Numbered from the stretch's first letter, positions 10,056-21,471 are shown. The stretch: 64,000 bases of DNA from an uncultured cyanobacterium (GCA_963744145.1 CAVUSO010000001.1:3328001-3392000); one strand, 5' to 3'. The notes: a model not told the origin generated them from the letters alone. Made by a program: numbers and translations.

Positions 10056-10808
10056 ATGACTTTAGAGCTAGCAACCTTGTTACGGGAAGGAACCAAACAT
10101 TCCCATACAGCAGCAGAAAATACAGCTTTTATGAAGTGTTTCCTCAAGGGAATAGTGGAATGGGAACCCTTTCGCAAACTGATCGCTGATTTATATTATG
10201 TATACCATACTCTAGAAGCAGCAATTCGTGATCACCGAGATCATCCTGTAGTGGGTTTAATCTATTTTCCAGAATTAGAACGCGAACAGAAATTAGAGCA
10301 AGACTTAGAATTTTATTATGGTGAAAACTGGCGCGATCAGATTAGTGCTTCTCCTGAAGGAGTTAAGTATGTAGAGCATATCCAGGAAATATCTAATCGT
10401 AATCCAGCTCTGCTAGTAGCTCATTCTTATGTGCGTTATATGGGCGATCTTTCCGGGGGTCAAAGCTTGAAAAATATTATTCGTTCTGCTTTGAAATTAC
10501 CAGACGATCGCGGTACTGGATTGCATGAATTTGACCAAATTCCAACTCCAGTTGAGAAACGAGCATTTAAAGAAAAATATCGGGATGTCTTGAATGCTTT
10601 ACCAGTTGATCAGGAATTAGCTACCCAAATTGTCGCTGAAGCTAACTATGCTTTTGAACTCAACCGTAATGTGTTACATGAATTAGAAGCAGATGTCAAA
10701 ATAGCCGTTGGTGACCATGTTTTTGATTTACTTACTCGTCAAGATAAACCTGGTAGCACAGAACGTGATCCTGGTAATACATCAGTTGAACTAATTAGCG
10801 CTCAATAG
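10056..10808 (+). CDS. ho2: Heme oxygenase (HO2-type)
   Basis: LREGTKHSH and YVRYMGDLSGGQ motifs. Confidence 0.92.
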   Translation: MTLELATLLREGTKHSHTAAENTAFMKCFLKGIVEWEPFRKLIADLYYVYHTLEAAIRDHRDHPVVGLIYFPELEREQKLEQDLEFYYGENWRDQISASPEGVKYVEHIQEISNRNPALLVAHSYVRYMGDLSGGQSLKNIIRSALKLPDDRGTGLHEFDQIPTPVEKRAFKEKYRDVLNALPVDQELATQIVAEANYAFELNRNVLHELEADVKIAVGDHVFDLLTRQDKPGSTERDPGNTSVELISAQ

Positions 10809-10931
10809 TTTGAGGGAGAGCTGGTAATTGGTTAATCAGCGATCGAACTACATCAATTACCAATTACCAAAACTAGAAATTTCTCATTAAGCACCAGTCC
10901 ATTAATTCAGAATTAGAACTTAGCAGAGACT

Positions 10932-12329
10932 ATGAAATTAGTATCCCAAACCGTTGAATTTGACTTAAATTTGCTCAGAAAATATGATCGTCCCGTACCA
11001 CGATATACCAGTTATCCACCCGCAACGGAACTGAAGGAAGAATTTGATCTCATCGATTTTCAGACAGCGATCGCAGTCAGTAATTATAAGAAAACTCCTT
11101 TATCGCTTTATTGTCATATTCCCTTTTGCGAAACTCCCTGCTATTTCTGTGGTTGTAATACAATTATTACCCCAAGGAAAGACTTAGCTGCTCCTTATTT
11201 GGATTATCTTGAACGTGATCTTGAGCAGATGGCTGAATTAATCGATCGCGATCGTCAAGTCCATCAACTTCATTGGGGAGGTGGTACACCTAATTATTTA
11301 TCTCCAGCACAGGTAGAAAGACTGTGGAATAAGATTAACCATCATTTTCACTTTGCTCCTGAAGCGGAAATTTCTATCGAAGTAAATCCCAGATTTTTGG
11401 ATAAGAATTACATTTTCTTTTTGCGCGATTTAGGATTTAAACGGATTAGTTTCGGAATTCAGGATTTCGATCCAAAAGTCCAAGAAGCTGTGAATCGTAT
11501 TCAGCCCGAATCAATGTTATTTTCGGCAATAGAGTGGATTCGAGACGCAGGATTTGAAAGTGTTAATGTTGATTTAATTTATGGATTACCCTATCAAGAT
11601 TTAGATACTTTCAAACGGACAATTCAGAAAACTATTAAACTAAATCCCGATCGCATTGCTGTGTTCAATTTTGCTTATGTTCCTTGGTTAAAACCAATTC
11701 AAAAACGCATTCCTCAATCAGCACTACCACCAGCTTCAGAAAAACTTAGGATCATGCAAATGACGATTGAGGAATTAAGTAGCAATGGTTATGTATTTAT
11801 TGGGATGGATCATTTTGCTAAACCTAATGATGAACTAGCGATCGCCCAAAGGGAAGGAGAATTGCACCGAAATTTCCAAGGATATACCACCCAACCGGAA
11901 TCTGATTTGCTAAGTTTTGGAATGACTTCTATTAGTATGTTACATGATGTTTATGTGCAAAACCATAAACGGCTAAAAACTTACTATAAATCTATCGATC
12001 GGAGAGAATTACCAATAGAACGAGGTGTTAAACTGAGCAAAGATGATATCATCAGACGCACGATAATTATGGAGTTAATGTGTGAGTTTCAACTGGACAA
12101 AGATGAGATTGAAGAAAAATATCATCTTAGCTTCGATCAGGATTTTGAAGAATATTTTGCTCAAGAAAAATATGAATTGAGATTACTCGAAATCGATGGT
12201 TTAATCCAGCTTTCTCCTAACCATATTCAAGTCACACCCACGGGACGATTACTGATTAGAAATATTGCCGCAGCTTTTGATACATATTTGAAAAAACACC
12301 AGGTTGAAAAATTTTCTAAAGCTGTGTAA
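10932..12329 (+). CDS. hemN: Oxygen-independent coproporphyrinogen III oxidase
   Basis: PRYTSYP, CxxxCxxC radical SAM motif, HRNFQGY. Confidence 0.95.
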   Translation: MKLVSQTVEFDLNLLRKYDRPVPRYTSYPPATELKEEFDLIDFQTAIAVSNYKKTPLSLYCHIPFCETPCYFCGCNTIITPRKDLAAPYLDYLERDLEQMAELIDRDRQVHQLHWGGGTPNYLSPAQVERLWNKINHHFHFAPEAEISIEVNPRFLDKNYIFFLRDLGFKRISFGIQDFDPKVQEAVNRIQPESMLFSAIEWIRDAGFESVNVDLIYGLPYQDLDTFKRTIQKTIKLNPDRIAVFNFAYVPWLKPIQKRIPQSALPPASEKLRIMQMTIEELSSNGYVFIGMDHFAKPNDELAIAQREGELHRNFQGYTTQPESDLLSFGMTSISMLHDVYVQNHKRLKTYYKSIDRRELPIERGVKLSKDDIIRRTIIMELMCEFQLDKDEIEEKYHLSFDQDFEEYFAQEKYELRLLEIDGLIQLSPNHIQVTPTGRLLIRNIAAAFDTYLKKHQVEKFSKAV

Positions 12330-12343
12330 TTAGTAAATACCAA

Positions 12344-12375
12344 TATAACTCAATACGGTTCAGTATTGAGTTATA
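12344..12375. terminator. Palindrome between convergent genes; probable bidirectional terminator derived from a MITE end
   Basis: TATAACTCAATAC-GGTTCA-GTATTGAGTTATA. Confidence 0.5.
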
Positions 12376-12376
12376 A

Positions 12377-13705
12377 TTAATTCTTTACTGAAGAAGAATG
12401 GTGCTGCCGAAGAGGAATTTCAATGATAAATTCTGTTCCTTGACCTGGAGTAGAATGACAATAAATCTTACCATGGTGTTTTTCAACTATGATTTGGTGA
12501 CTAATAGAAAGTCCTAACCCAGTTCCTTTACCAATAGGTTTAGTTGTGAAAAATGGTTCAAATAGTCTAATGGCGATCGCTTGATCAAAGCCTATTCCGT
12601 TATCTGCAATGCAAATCTTAACCCAGCTATCAGATATTACATCGGTGGAAATCTTAAGGAGAGAAGGTGAATTTTGACTATTAATACCATTGGAGTTTTT
12701 ACTGCGTTCTTCTAAAGCATCAATAGCATTACTAAAAATATTCATAAATACCTGGTTTAAGTGACTAGGATAACATTCCACAACTGGAATTTTTCCGTAA
12801 TTCTTAATAACTTGAATGCCAAGAGAATCAGAATTAGGTTTAAGACGATGTTGCAAGATTAACAGAGTAGTTTCAATTCCTGTCTGGAGATCAACTGTTT
12901 GTAATCCAGTTTCATCTGTACGGGTAAAATTACGCAGTGACAGCACAATATCACGAATACGATCAGTGCCGATTTGCATCGACTCCAAAATTTTAATTAA
13001 GTCTTCCTGTAGGAATTCTAGCTCGATTTCCTCTGCTTTTGCTTGAATTTCAGGTATGGGATTAGGATAGTGTTTTTGATATAGTTGGAGAAACTCAAGT
13101 AAATTTTGAGTATAGCTTTTCAAATGGGAGAGATTGCCATAAATAAAACTAACTGGGTTATTAATTTCATGGGCAACACCTGCTACTAGCTGTCCTAGTG
13201 ATGACATTTTTTCATTTTTGACAAGCTTTACTTGAGTGGACTTCAAATGATTGAGCGCTTCGGTTAGTTCATTGGTTCTTTCAACTACCTTTTGTTCTAA
13301 TGTCTTTCTCATCGCTTGAAGTTCTAATTGTACTCGAATCCGTGACAACACTTCTTCATGTTGAATTGGCTTAGTAATGTAATCCACTGCTCCTAAATTT
13401 AGCCCTTTAACTTTATCAACAGGATCAGCCAGAGCAGTCATAAATATCACTGGAATTCCTTGAGTCTGCTCAGAAGCTTTCAGTTGACGACAGGTTTCAA
13501 ATCCATCAATTCCTGGCATCATTACATCCAATAAAATTAGGTCTGGTGTATAGGATTGTAGCCTTTGCAGAGCATTTTCACCGCTTTTGGCGATCGCTAC
13601 CCGATAACCGGTCTCATTCAAAAGATCGAATAGTACCTGAATATTAGTAGGATTATCGTCAACTACTAAAATCGTGCCTTGTTGTATGGTTGTTTCAATT
13701 TTCAT
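12377..13705 (-). CDS. Hybrid response regulator / histidine kinase (REC-HisKA-HATPase)
   Basis: ILVVDD, LLDVMMP, AHEINNP, GTGLGL motifs. Confidence 0.92.
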   Translation of the reverse strand: MKIETTIQQGTILVVDDNPTNIQVLFDLLNETGYRVAIAKSGENALQRLQSYTPDLILLDVMMPGIDGFETCRQLKASEQTQGIPVIFMTALADPVDKVKGLNLGAVDYITKPIQHEEVLSRIRVQLELQAMRKTLEQKVVERTNELTEALNHLKSTQVKLVKNEKMSSLGQLVAGVAHEINNPVSFIYGNLSHLKSYTQNLLEFLQLYQKHYPNPIPEIQAKAEEIELEFLQEDLIKILESMQIGTDRIRDIVLSLRNFTRTDETGLQTVDLQTGIETTLLILQHRLKPNSDSLGIQVIKNYGKIPVVECYPSHLNQVFMNIFSNAIDALEERSKNSNGINSQNSPSLLKISTDVISDSWVKICIADNGIGFDQAIAIRLFEPFFTTKPIGKGTGLGLSISHQIIVEKHHGKIYCHSTPGQGTEFIIEIPLRQHHSSSVKN

Positions 13706-13716
13706 AATTTGAGTTA

Positions 13717-15874
13717 CTAGAGGTACTGCTGCAATAAATTTAAAATGGCGATATCATCAAATTGCCGACTGAATTCCAAAAGTTTATTGGCAAATGGAAC
13801 ATATTTAGGATCAAGAAGTTTCAGACGATTTGCTTCCTGCTGAATATCACTAATAAAACCAACTTGGGCTGCTTTATATAAAGCATCTAGTTCGGCTGCG
13901 GGTGGTGCAATCAATTCCTGTGGTGACTCCAAAGTAGACACTTGCTGCACAGTTTCTTTTGTTTCATAAACCCAAGTTATATTCAAAAATCGCTGCAACT
14001 GTCCTAATAAACCTTCAAATTCAATCGGTTTGGGAAAGAAACTGTCGCATCCTGCATCAATGCTTTCCTGGCGATCGACATGGGATAGACTAGCTGGAGA
14101 CGCAATAATGGGGACTGTGGCAAATTGTGGGATCTGACGTAACTGACGAGTCATTTCTAAACCATCCATCACAGGCATCAATATATCAGTAATAATCAAG
14201 TGTGGGTGCATCTGAATGATATAATCAAAACCTTCCTGTCCATTTTTTGCTTCCAAAACTTTAAATCCTAGAGGTTCTAACAAATTTACTATGATTGAAC
14301 GATTTTCAGGATGGTCATCTATAACTAGAATTTTACAGCGTTCTCCTTGATAGCCGATCACCTTTAATGTTGAATTTTGTGCCTGTCCAATCCAATCGGA
14401 GGCGCGTCATTAAATCCAGATCAAACCAAAATAGAGTTCCTTTACCAACAACACTATTGACGCGAATTTTACTGCCCATCTTTTGAATAATTTCCTGACT
14501 GATTGCCAAACCTAATCCAGTTCCTTCCGAATTGCGATCGCGCTTTCCAGCTTGTTCAAATGGTAGAAAAATCGAGTCTAATTTATTAGCCGGAATACCA
14601 ATTCCTGTATCTTCAATTTGAAAGCGAATTTTATAGGTGGGAATTGTAAGCTTTGAATTTGATTCTCTCAAAGAAATATCATCTTTTGTACCTTCTTTCT
14701 GTTCAAGTAGATCAATTTTAAAAGTAACACTGCCAAAATCAGTAAACTTTACTGCATTGCTGAGTAAATTGAGCAATACTTGCCGTAAGCGTTTGTCATC
14801 AGCATAAATTGCTACAGGCAATTGATCGGATGGTTGATATTGAAATGCTATGCCTTTTTGGTCTGCTTTAATCCGACACATTTCAGCCGTATTACTAAGG
14901 AAATTCGAGAAATGGAAATCTTGAGGATAGAGTTCCATTTTGCGCGACTCCAGTTTAGCTAGATCTAGCACATCGTTGATCATGGTTAGCAAATGAGAGC
15001 CACATTGATGAATAATATTTAAACCTTGGAGTTGTTTTGGTGTGATTTCTGGATCGCGCTCGAGAATTTGGGTATAACCCAGAACACCATTAAGAGGAGT
15101 TCTTAGCTCGTGGTTCATATTTGCTAGAAACTCGGTTTTGGTTCTGTTAGCAACTTCAGCAGCTTCTTTAGCAATATTTAGTTCGGTCAGTTTGATTTCT
15201 AATTCTTCATTCAATTGTTGCAGCTTATTTTCCGCATAATTTCTTTCTATTACTTCACTACGAATTAGCTTGTAGAGCCATAAAACAATAGTTATATTAA
15301 GAATAATTCCAGCTAAAAACGTGACTATACACTGAATTACAGTAATTTTAACTGCTTGCTCTTTCAGAAGTATTCCTCCCTGTTCTCTAGCTTTCATCTC
15401 TCGCACAATTCCCTGGATATAATTAAGATTAATTTCCTGTGTGCTAATAATTGCCGCTATATTAAGATGATTATCTTGATGGGATTCAATTCCTTGCTTA
15501 AATAACTTTAAGCAATCCTTAATCAAGGATTTTAATTGTTGTAAACTTGCTGTTTGTATCAAGTTACTAGCAACCAGTTTTTGTAACCGTCGCAATTCCT
15601 GATCAACGTTTAATAAAGCAATACCATAGCGATCTAAAGCTACATTATTATTCTGAATTAACAAATAACTCTGTTGTCCTACCTCTGCATCTTTTAAACT
15701 ATTTACCAACAATCCAAGACTTTCCATAATTTCCAAATGCTGGGCAATTTTGTGATTTGTTTCCAGAGTTTCTTGTGCGCTCCAAAATGCTATTCCATTA
15801 ACGAGTAGTGACAGGACTATTGCTAATCCTAATCCTCTAGCTATCCGTTGTAAAAATTTTGTGGATTGTTTCAT
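13717..15874 (-). pseudogene. CHASE3 hybrid histidine kinase split by a frameshift at ~14404 (kinase 14333-15874, REC 13717-14361)
   Basis: DAEVGQQSYLL (CHASE3-like), HELRTPL; linker ASDWIGQ...VIGYQG continues in the REC frame. Confidence 0.75.
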
Positions 15875-15920
15875 CAGTATTTTCCCAACCGTGAAGGATA
15901 GTTAAATTGATATTTTGTGA

Positions 15921-16706
15921 TTACAGTAGCTTAATTCCAAACTGTTTAAAAACCGTTACGGATTGAGGGGTAGTTAAAAAATTTAGGAATGCGGTTGCTT
16001 CCTTAACGTGGGTAGATCCCTGACGAATTGCTGCTACACCAGTGATCGGTTGATACAAGTCTAAACTTGCGATCGCAGCTATTTTAACGGCAGAGGATAA
16101 CTTGGCTTCTGACAAAAAGGTAATTCCTGCATCTACCTCACCATTTTCAACAGCTATTAAAATCTCTCGGACATCGAAATTTGCCCAGATTGCTTTAGGC
16201 TGAATTTGTTCATAAATTCCCAAATTAGTCAGAATTTCTTTTGTATAATTCCCAATCCCAAGACGGTTAGTACCGATCGCAATCTTTCGGATACGACCAC
16301 TAGTTAAATCTTTAAAATCAGAAATTGATAAAGTGGAAGTTGCTGGTACAATAATAACGACATCTGTAGTCAGTAAATTTCTGCGGCTTTTTGGCACAAT
16401 TAGTCCATCTAATTGCAACTGATCAATCGGTAGAGCTGAAGCAGATAGTAAAAGATCAAATGATTCTCCCCGTTTGACAGCATTCTGTAACACCCGATCG
16501 CCTGCAAATGTGTAGCTGACAACAATGTTTGGTTTTTCCTGTTGATAAATACTATTAATTTCCTCTAAGGGACTTCTGACCATCCCCGCTGCTCCCACAT
16601 TTAACGCGATTGATTCGGATGCTTGTGGAGAAAAACTTTTTATCCAGAGACAGAGAGCAAATGTGGTAACTAATAGTATAATGTATGAAAATATTTTCAT
16701 AAACAT
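15921..16706 (-). CDS. modA: ModA-like (molybdate) ABC substrate-binding protein
   Basis: Signal peptide, DLLLSA, VENGEVDAGI..SEA, FLNFL..FG; divergent at the anion-binding motifs. Confidence 0.7.
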   Translation of the reverse strand: MFMKIFSYIILLVTTFALCLWIKSFSPQASESIALNVGAAGMVRSPLEEINSIYQQEKPNIVVSYTFAGDRVLQNAVKRGESFDLLLSASALPIDQLQLDGLIVPKSRRNLLTTDVVIIVPATSTLSISDFKDLTSGRIRKIAIGTNRLGIGNYTKEILTNLGIYEQIQPKAIWANFDVREILIAVENGEVDAGITFLSEAKLSSAVKIAAIASLDLYQPITGVAAIRQGSTHVKEATAFLNFLTTPQSVTVFKQFGIKLL

Positions 16707-16779
16707 TTATCCTCAATAAGCGATAAAACCTAATTTAGCATAATACAAAGCTTTAAGAAGAGCTAAATGAATTATAACT

Positions 16780-16902
16780 CAATCCGGTTCAGTTAGGAAT
16801 ATTTTGGAATATCTCGGAGAACAAGGACGAAGAAGCATTTAACCCTAATATTAATTCCCATCTGTGAGCGGATCAACTCAGAGCATTAACTGAACCCTAT
16901 TG
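16780..16902. mobile_element. MITE (CAATCCGGTTCAGTTA TIR family), intron-free copy
   Basis: TIRs CAATCCGGTTCAGTTA / TAACTGAACCCTATTG; interior similar to 60755-60810 and 61581 onward. Confidence 0.7.
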
Positions 16903-17068
16903 CAATATAACCGGGTCAGCTAAGATATTTCTGTACCCTAAGTACCCTTTGACTCTACTCAAGGGGGACTCGATCGCATCACCATCTTCCCAGCAGTGAT
17001 CCAAAACACAGGCAAAGCTAAAATCTAAGTGTTACTCTATTAAAAAACTGATCAGGAGCATTAACAAT

Positions 17069-17653
17069 ATGCACAGAGTAATACCATCAATTTTAACCAT
17101 TAGTTTACTTTTAACTGAATGCTATATTCAACCAGCGATCGCAGAAACACCAAATCAAGCTACTCAATCAACTTGGAAAAAATTTGTTTCTCAAGAATAT
17201 GGATTTAATATATTAATGCTCGGAGAGCCTCATAGTTCAAAAGCTAATGATTTTTCCTTTAAGGATGGGAAAAAGATTAATTTTCAAACATTTTCTAGTT
17301 ATCAAAATCATCTTCAAGCTGTATATGGAATCTCAATTACTGACGTTGATAATCAACTGAAAGATCGGCAAGGGCAATTAAGTTTCTTCACGACATTTTT
17401 AAATAGTATTTTATCCGATCAAAATTATACAGCAACTTTAATTTATCAAAAAGACATTACCATTAATAACTATCCAGGTAAAGAATTTAAAGTTAATCTC
17501 CTGATTAACAATAAGAAAGTTTTAGCTATCCATCGATTATATTTTATCAATCAACGTGCTTATATAATTGGTGTTATAGCAGCTGATAATTTGCCGAGTG
17601 ATATTGCTGTTAATAGTCGAAATTTTCTAGACTCTTTCCAATTAAACCCTTAA
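17069..17653 (+). CDS. Secreted hypothetical protein
   Basis: Signal peptide ending AIA; WKKF...YPGKEF...FLDSFQL pattern. Confidence 0.7.
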   Translation: MHRVIPSILTISLLLTECYIQPAIAETPNQATQSTWKKFVSQEYGFNILMLGEPHSSKANDFSFKDGKKINFQTFSSYQNHLQAVYGISITDVDNQLKDRQGQLSFFTTFLNSILSDQNYTATLIYQKDITINNYPGKEFKVNLLINNKKVLAIHRLYFINQRAYIIGVIAADNLPSDIAVNSRNFLDSFQLNP

Positions 17654-17850
17654 TCTAGTTTTGATCGCGTTTAACTAGATCAGCATATTCATTATACATT
17701 ATAATTATAGGCGTAACTTGCTGATATTCATCCTGATTGTCCTCAAATCACCTAGAGTGATTAGTTGCCAATCCGAATTCCTCCCGCTAATATAATCAGC
17801 TAGATGATCAAGCGATCGACATTAATAATCTGAATCAGGAGTAATTTAAT

Positions 17851-19497
17851 ATGCAAACCATTTCCTCTAGTTCATCGGCTTGGCAAAAACTCAGAAACCG
17901 GGAAATTACCTGTGAAGAAGCACTAGCTTTATTAATAGATGCCAAAGGAATTGTGAATCTAAAACTAGTTGACAAAGAAGTAAGTTATCGCTTTTATCGC
18001 GAATTTCCAGATCAGAATTCTTTACCACCAATTATTCCTTTACTATTATGGCGAAACTGCTACTATTTAGGTTGTCCAGTAGAAATATCCCCTGAAGATA
18101 TCCGCAAACTCAGCGATCGCACTTTCACCGAAATCAAAATTATCCCTATTGCGGATAAAAGCTATCGTGCTTGGTATCACTCAGAAAAGCTTGATCCAAA
18201 CCGGATCAGTTCCGCACCATTATTAGATCCACTCACTGGACTAACAAGCAAAGAAGATATTAGCGAAACTACGGAACTATATCTCGCGAAAGCAGTTGAT
18301 CAAATTGGACGGATTAAAACCCTAATTTCTGGTGCTTTGCGTAATCGAGCTAGTGATATCCATTTAGAACCAACCATAGAAGGATTAAGAGTTCGCTATC
18401 GGATTGACGGGGTACTACGAGAGATAACTACTCTACCCGTTGACATTAGTCGTCGAGTAGTTGTTGCTCTGAAAGTGATGTCAAAAATGGATATTTCCGA
18501 AAGTCGTCGTCCCCAAGATGGACGGATTGGAGATAACTATGCGATCGATCAAACTACTCAAGCTTCCTTAGATATGAGAGTGAGTACCCTCCCTTGTGTA
18601 GTTGGGGAAAAAGCAGTGATTCGTTTACTACCCCAGGAAAATCCTTTTTCCGATCTCAACAGTTTAGGATTTTCACCCAAAACCTTAGAAACTTACAAAA
18701 CTTGGTTGAGCCAACCCCAAGGAATGATCATTCTCACCGGACCGACTGGTTCAGGAAAAACCAGCACTCTTTACACCAGTTTACAAGCAGTTGCCACAGA
18801 ACAAGTTAACGTTGTAACCGTAGAAGATCCGGTGGAATATGTTTTATCTAATATCACTCAAACCCAAGTTCATGAACGTGCTGGAATGACTTTTGCGGCT
18901 GGATTAAGAGCAATTTTACGTCAAGATCCAGATATTGTCATGGTCGGGGAAATTCGGGATAGTGAAACCGCAGAAACCGCAGTCCGAGCAGCTTTAACAG
19001 GACATTTAGTATTTACTACTTTACACACTAACGACGCCGTCGGTGCCATTCCCCGGTTAAAAGATATTGGTCCTGATCCTGGTTTAATTAGTGATGCGTT
19101 ATTAGGAATTCTAGCCCAGCGTTTAGTCCGCAAAGTTTGTGATGCTTGTGCCGAACCTTATACACCAACAGATGAGGATTTAAGAGTATTAGGAATTACC
19201 AGAGACGCAGCTAATCCTGATGCGTGGCGTCGGGGACGAGGTTGTTCTCATTGTTTAAATTCTGGCTATAAAGGACGGGAAGCCATTGTGGAAATTTTGG
19301 ATGTCGATGAAAGAGTCCAAGAGCTAATTTATGAAGGGACAATGATGCAAATGCACCGCTATTTGAGTCAAACTGGTTTTGCTTCTTTTCGAGTCGCAGC
19401 GATCGAGAAAGTGACAAGCGGGATCACCACTATCCCCGAACTACTGCGAGTTTTGCATCGTAGTGCTTTGCGACGCAAATCTTATATGACTGAATAA
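17851..19497 (+). CDS. GspE/PulE/PilB-family ATPase
   Basis: ASDIHLEP, GPTGSGKT, LRQDPD, TGHLVFTTLHTN, Cys pairs. Confidence 0.92.
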   Translation: MQTISSSSSAWQKLRNREITCEEALALLIDAKGIVNLKLVDKEVSYRFYREFPDQNSLPPIIPLLLWRNCYYLGCPVEISPEDIRKLSDRTFTEIKIIPIADKSYRAWYHSEKLDPNRISSAPLLDPLTGLTSKEDISETTELYLAKAVDQIGRIKTLISGALRNRASDIHLEPTIEGLRVRYRIDGVLREITTLPVDISRRVVVALKVMSKMDISESRRPQDGRIGDNYAIDQTTQASLDMRVSTLPCVVGEKAVIRLLPQENPFSDLNSLGFSPKTLETYKTWLSQPQGMIILTGPTGSGKTSTLYTSLQAVATEQVNVVTVEDPVEYVLSNITQTQVHERAGMTFAAGLRAILRQDPDIVMVGEIRDSETAETAVRAALTGHLVFTTLHTNDAVGAIPRLKDIGPDPGLISDALLGILAQRLVRKVCDACAEPYTPTDEDLRVLGITRDAANPDAWRRGRGCSHCLNSGYKGREAIVEILDVDERVQELIYEGTMMQMHRYLSQTGFASFRVAAIEKVTSGITTIPELLRVLHRSALRRKSYMTE

Positions 19498-19575
19498 TTT
19501 TACGATTTTTTTTAGATTTTCGGAAAATCAATTTATGATTTTAGCATGGGTTTTTCAGTCATCAAGGAGACAATA

Positions 19576-20577
19576 ATGAAAGCAGTAGTAATGATTACAC
19601 CAGGTCATCCCGAGGTTCTGCAAGTTCAAGAAGTACCAACACCTACCATTAAAACCGATACAGAAATTTTAGTTAGACTTCGTGCCGCAGGAGTTAACCC
19701 CATTGATACTAAACTCCGTAAACGAGGTAATTTTTACCCCCAGGAAATTCCCGGAATTTTAGGATGTGATGGTGCTGGTATTGTAGCAGCAGTAGGAACA
19801 AAAGTTGAAAATTTTCAAGTTGGAGATGAAGTCTATTATTGTCAAGGGGGATTAGGTGGTCCCCAGGGAAATTATGCTGAATTTGCCGTAGTTGATGCCC
19901 GTTTTGTGGCGAAAAAACCTGCTAATTTGAGCTTTACTGAAGCCGCAGCTGCACCTCTAGTTTTAATTACTGCTTGGGAAGCACTATACGATCGCGGTCG
20001 TTTACAAGCTGGACAAACAGCTTTAATTCATGCTGGTGCTGGTGGTGTTGGTCATGTGGCAATTCAACTGGCTAAACTTCAAGGTGCTACTGTTTGTACT
20101 ACTGTTAGCTCCCCAGAAAAAGCTGACTTTGTACGTCAATTAGGCGCTGATTATCCGATTTTATATAAACAAAATGATTTTGTCAAAGCTGTTTTAGAAT
20201 GGACTAATGGTGAAGGAGTTGATCTGGCTTTTGATACCATTGGAGGATATTTATTAACCCAAACATTTCCGGCTGTGAAAGTTTATGGAGATCTAGTAAC
20301 CATTCTCGAACCTGACCAAAATACTAATTGGAAAGTAGCTCGCAATCGCAATCAACGTATTAGTATGGAGTTAATGTTAACACCAATACTGCAAAAAATG
20401 GTAACAGAACAGCAACAACAAGCGAAAATCTTACAGCAATGTGCCCGTTTAATTGAACAGGGTAATCTGAAAATTCATGTTGGTCAAACTTTCCCCCTCA
20501 CCGAAGCGATCGCTGCTCATCGTTTACAAGAAACTGGTTCAATGACTGGTAAAATTGTTTTGCTCATTGGCGATTAA
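19576..20577 (+). CDS. NADPH:quinone reductase / MDR-family oxidoreductase
   Basis: GVNPID, HAGAGGVG, GKIVL motifs; AGGAG RBS. Confidence 0.9.
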   Translation: MKAVVMITPGHPEVLQVQEVPTPTIKTDTEILVRLRAAGVNPIDTKLRKRGNFYPQEIPGILGCDGAGIVAAVGTKVENFQVGDEVYYCQGGLGGPQGNYAEFAVVDARFVAKKPANLSFTEAAAAPLVLITAWEALYDRGRLQAGQTALIHAGAGGVGHVAIQLAKLQGATVCTTVSSPEKADFVRQLGADYPILYKQNDFVKAVLEWTNGEGVDLAFDTIGGYLLTQTFPAVKVYGDLVTILEPDQNTNWKVARNRNQRISMELMLTPILQKMVTEQQQQAKILQQCARLIEQGNLKIHVGQTFPLTEAIAAHRLQETGSMTGKIVLLIGD

Positions 20578-20752
20578 TCGAATTGGCCAAATTGTTAGAT
20601 TAACTTGACAAAAAACCAGAAAGATGATCTCGGTAGATAGCAAAAACCCGAAATAACACGATTATTTCTAGAGCAACTCTAATTAAAACATGGAACTTTT
20701 TCAGAGAACATCTTGTCTAAACTTGCAAATCAAGAAAAAAGGAATAGACATT

Positions 20753-21280
20753 ATGTCTCTGAACGGCTATAAATTTGCTTCTAGAGGTATTCTGACAGCT
20801 TTGCTGACACTAGGAATCGGCTCGATCGCTTTAGCTGATGCTCCAGGTAATCATCCCCGTTATATTCATGCTCGCAGTGACTTACAGAAAGCAAGTATTT
20901 TATTACATATAAGGGAAGAAGACTCTAGATTTAGGGATCAAGGAGGAGCAGATAATGAGGTCAGAGCTGCAATTAGAGAAATCGATCACGCTGCATTTCT
21001 TGATCAGAAAAATTTAGATGATCATCCAAATGTAGATGTTTCTCTCAGAGGGACCAATCGACTCCACGAAATTTCTCGACTGCTCCAGAGTGCTAAAGGA
21101 GATATCAGACAAGAAGAGGATAATCCCGATGCTAGAGCTTGGCGTAACCGAGCTGAATCTCATATTGATCGAGCCATGAATTGGATTGCACAAGTTCTTA
21201 ATAATCGAGACAATAATTACGATAGTAATCATAATTATCCCCGTGATGCCTATCCCAGAAATTACTATCCCAGATATTAA
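20753..21280 (+). CDS. Secreted hypothetical protein with a C-terminal YPR repeat
   Basis: Signal peptide ending ALA; HPRYIHARSDL. Confidence 0.7.
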   Translation: MSLNGYKFASRGILTALLTLGIGSIALADAPGNHPRYIHARSDLQKASILLHIREEDSRFRDQGGADNEVRAAIREIDHAAFLDQKNLDDHPNVDVSLRGTNRLHEISRLLQSAKGDIRQEEDNPDARAWRNRAESHIDRAMNWIAQVLNNRDNNYDSNHNYPRDAYPRNYYPRY

Positions 21281-21471
21281 TCACCCGGAGAAATGGCGAT
21301 CGCTTGTCTCTCAAGGGAATAGTTAAAGCCAAGTTTTTTTAATCCCAGTATGAATGGGTGATGAACAGTAGCTTATTCAAATTTCTGTTAATATTTCTTT
21401 ATCCTATCATCAAGAAACCCAGTTTCTAGTCTGGAGTGCGTAAGTTCTGATCTATACAGGAAAATAGCAAA

